From assembly GCF_963921235.1 (NCBI RefSeq), contig NC_086097.1:79238001-79302000 (forward strand): a DNA stretch of 64,000 nt. Direction: 5' to 3'. The notes under the pieces are model-generated. The model was not told the origin of the DNA, did not search any database, and worked only from the letters and a program-made list of their open reading frames with translations. Shown in pieces: positions 61,951-64,000 of this stretch. The translations under genes and the position numbers were made by a program. Numbering within the stretch: the stretch's first letter is position 1; the number at the start of each line of letters is the position of its first letter. Source of the stretch: Mobula hypostoma. Its lineage: Eukaryota.

Positions 61951-62361
61951 CTTTTGTTTGGCTATGATGTTACTATATGGCATTTAGCTGGATGAGCCAA
62001 TGGCTCACTCTTATTTTTACGTTCTCATGGGTGAGTGAAAAGTTAACAGGAACAAGGAGAATAAGGAGCTCAAGGTCATGCTTCATGGAATTGTAGGAGA
62101 TTTTACAGCACTCTGCCAACTTAACCGCTAAACTTGTTGATAAACGGTGATCAAGAAAAGACTAGAACGTTGGAAAACTATGCATAATGTTTAACTGGAG
62201 AAATCTAAAATACATTGCAATGAATATAAGGAATTATTATTGCTGCCGGTTCTTGACCTACGCATAATACAACTTTTTTCTGAGGAAAAAGTACACAGGA
62301 ACCCGATGAAACTGAAGTTTTAAACGAGAGGCTTTTCACGACCTATATAAAAAAATACTAC

Positions 62362-62472
62362 CTTAGGATTTTTCCCCTCTTTGGTGAGCATTGCACGCAA
62401 TCGTTCTTGGGAAGGTGGCGCAATGAAGATTATGTAAGGCTTTAAGTCAGAATTGCGCAGAATCCTCAGTGA
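62362..62472 (-). CDS. PALS1: PALS1/MPP5 penultimate coding exon ([37 protein letters not shown])
   Basis: 111-nt phase-0 exon with AG/GT borders and the GUK-domain [11 protein letters not shown] motif. Confidence 0.93.
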
Positions 62473-62613
62473 CTGCAAAATTAAAAAAAGCAGCAAGCTT
62501 AAAAATGACCAATTCTTTCTGGGTATTTTATTATATTATTTATTTATATGTCATTGAAATTCACCTTGTGGAACTATGAATTACTTGAAAGCCCTGGACC
62601 ACTTCATCTAATG

Positions 62614-62690
62614 CAGGGGCTCCAATCTGGGGTCTATAAACCCCTTGCTTGGTGGTGTTTGTACATGGCATCAAAAGGTTGGGAACCCTG
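62614..62690. mobile_element. Tiny hAT MITE
   Basis: caggggctccaa / ttgggaaccctg termini; degenerate 8-bp TSD atctaatg/atccaaag. Confidence 0.55.
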
Positions 62691-62718
62691 ATCCAAAGTA
62701 ACATTGTTTTTACTACAG

Positions 62719-62810
62719 TGTCCTGACGAAGGGTCTTGGCCTGAACCGTCGACTGCACCTCTTCCTACAGATGCTGCCTGGTGTTCATCAGCAACTTTGA
62801 TGTGTGTTGC
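62719..62810 (+). ncRNA. 92-bp Penelope-derived insert carrying a minimal type I hammerhead-ribozyme-like motif
   Basis: gtc-CTGACGA-agggtcttggcct-GAAC-c-GTC-gac; exact 15-bp TSD ttgtttttactacag (62704-62718, 62811-62825). Confidence 0.65.
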
Positions 62811-63626
62811 TTGTTTTTACTACAGATCATTTAAACAATAAGATGGTGTACAAGAAATTTCACGTGGATAGTTAAGCCTTCACTGTAAATTTGACAAAAT
62901 CTATGCCAAATCAGGTGAGCTTTAGGACAAAAAGTGATGGTTTAAAAAAACATTTTTATTGGATTTTAAAAAAATTGACCTAAAAAAGTAACATTTGATG
63001 GCAGGACTAAAATATCTTGAAAGTGCTAATATCAAAATAAATCAATAGGATATGTCTAAGCAAACTTCAAAAGAGTACAGATGAACTTGCATAGTTTTGC
63101 TCCATAATTATCTACATGAACTAATTTTGTGTAAAATACGCAAAAAGATTTTGCATTCATAATAATCAAAACACCAGGTGTTCAAGTTATTTTCAGGTTC
63201 TGGATTTACTGTTGGTAACAATTGTTTCTTTAACCACTCGACATGGCCCAATTTAAACTATTCCAGTTGTTGCTACAACATTCCCTGTATATGTTTTATT
63301 CCCAGTTGTCTCCAATGCCTGTATTATTTTTAATTCATTCAATATGAAAGTAATATTCTTTTTGTACAAAATTATCAGGATATTCAATATTAACATTTTA
63401 ATTCTTCCACCAATGGAAATCTACCAGTCATAGGTGACTAAGCATGTCCATTTTCTGGCTTTGTGGTAAATCACTGATCATGAGTTTTAAGGAACCAAGT
63501 ATTTTTTCTCTATACTGTATTGTTAACCCTATTTATGCAACAATTATCTCACTGGTATTGCTTTTCAAATTTCTTAATAAAAATACTGCATTGCTACTGG
63601 ATTAGTTCACACACTTTATTGCTTAC

Positions 63627-63829
63627 CTGTGTGTGTAAATTTAACAAGCAAATCTTCCCAGAGTTAATCACTTGTCGTACTGAATCAATACTGGTACCAT
63701 ACAAATTTTTTTCATATTCTCCATATTCGATGAATTTGTTGGTGGCAATGTCAGCTTCAAAAATCTGACGTGCCACAAAGAGGTAATCACGTCCATTCAC
63801 CTCGCTATCTCTCATGGGCCGTGTTGTAT
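63627..63829 (-). CDS. PALS1: PALS1/MPP5 exon ([19 protein letters not shown]...[11 protein letters not shown])
   Basis: GUK signature HTTR...YGTS in ORF 63594..63923; AG acceptor and GTAAGC donor. Confidence 0.94.
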
Positions 63830-63905
63830 CTACAAGTTTAAGAATACGAGTTAGAGAGTTCATAACAAACACTACAGTTAAACAAAAATAGTACATGTAA
63901 CTTAC

Positions 63906-64000
63906 GGGGCACTGCCGGAGCAAAACGATCAGCCTCTCTTTCCATCAGCTTCTGTCGCAGTTCATTCTGACCACAGTTTACTGGGCCAATTAAAACTATT
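63906..64000 (-). CDS. PALS1: PALS1/MPP5 exon, cut by the window edge ([31 protein letters not shown])
   Basis: GUK N-terminal motif [14 protein letters not shown] donor into a 76-nt intron (63830-63905). Confidence 0.92.

Noticed and set aside
63830..63905. Very short (76-nt) PALS1 intron
   Set aside because: It has canonical GT-AG borders and is within the normal minimal intron size range.

Overview
Eukaryotic (vertebrate) genomic DNA. The repeat content suggests a cartilaginous fish, probably a ray or skate (inference). The window holds the complete 9-exon coding region of ATP6V1D (V-ATPase V1 subunit D, + strand, 9571-47339, 246 aa, all GT-AG introns). It also holds the last four coding exons of PALS1/MPP5 on the - strand (58452 to >64000), tail-to-tail with ATP6V1D. 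A CpG island at ~8760-9620 is probably the bidirectional ATP6V1D/EIF2S1 promoter and carries CLEAR-like and YY1 motifs; no EIF2S1 coding exon is visible. Introns and intergenic DNA are filled with transposable elements: many CR1 LINEs (one with an uninterrupted 999-aa ORF2), Rex1/Babar and RTE fragments, tRNA-SINEs, a GIY-YIG Penelope-like element, Tigger and hAT DNA transposons, and an internally deleted epsilon-like ERV with a tRNA-His PBS. Main observations: (1) a family of tiny, TSD-flanked Penelope-derived inserts with hammerhead-ribozyme-like motifs, one of which encloses a copy of neighbouring DNA between two inverted arms; (2) an ERV whose RT is deleted in frame and which has a probable 2H-phosphoesterase remnant; (3) apparent ORF1/ORF2 module exchange among CR1 lineages, and a CR1 inserted at the homologous position of an older CR1. 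All alignments were done by eye, and repeat boundaries are approximate.
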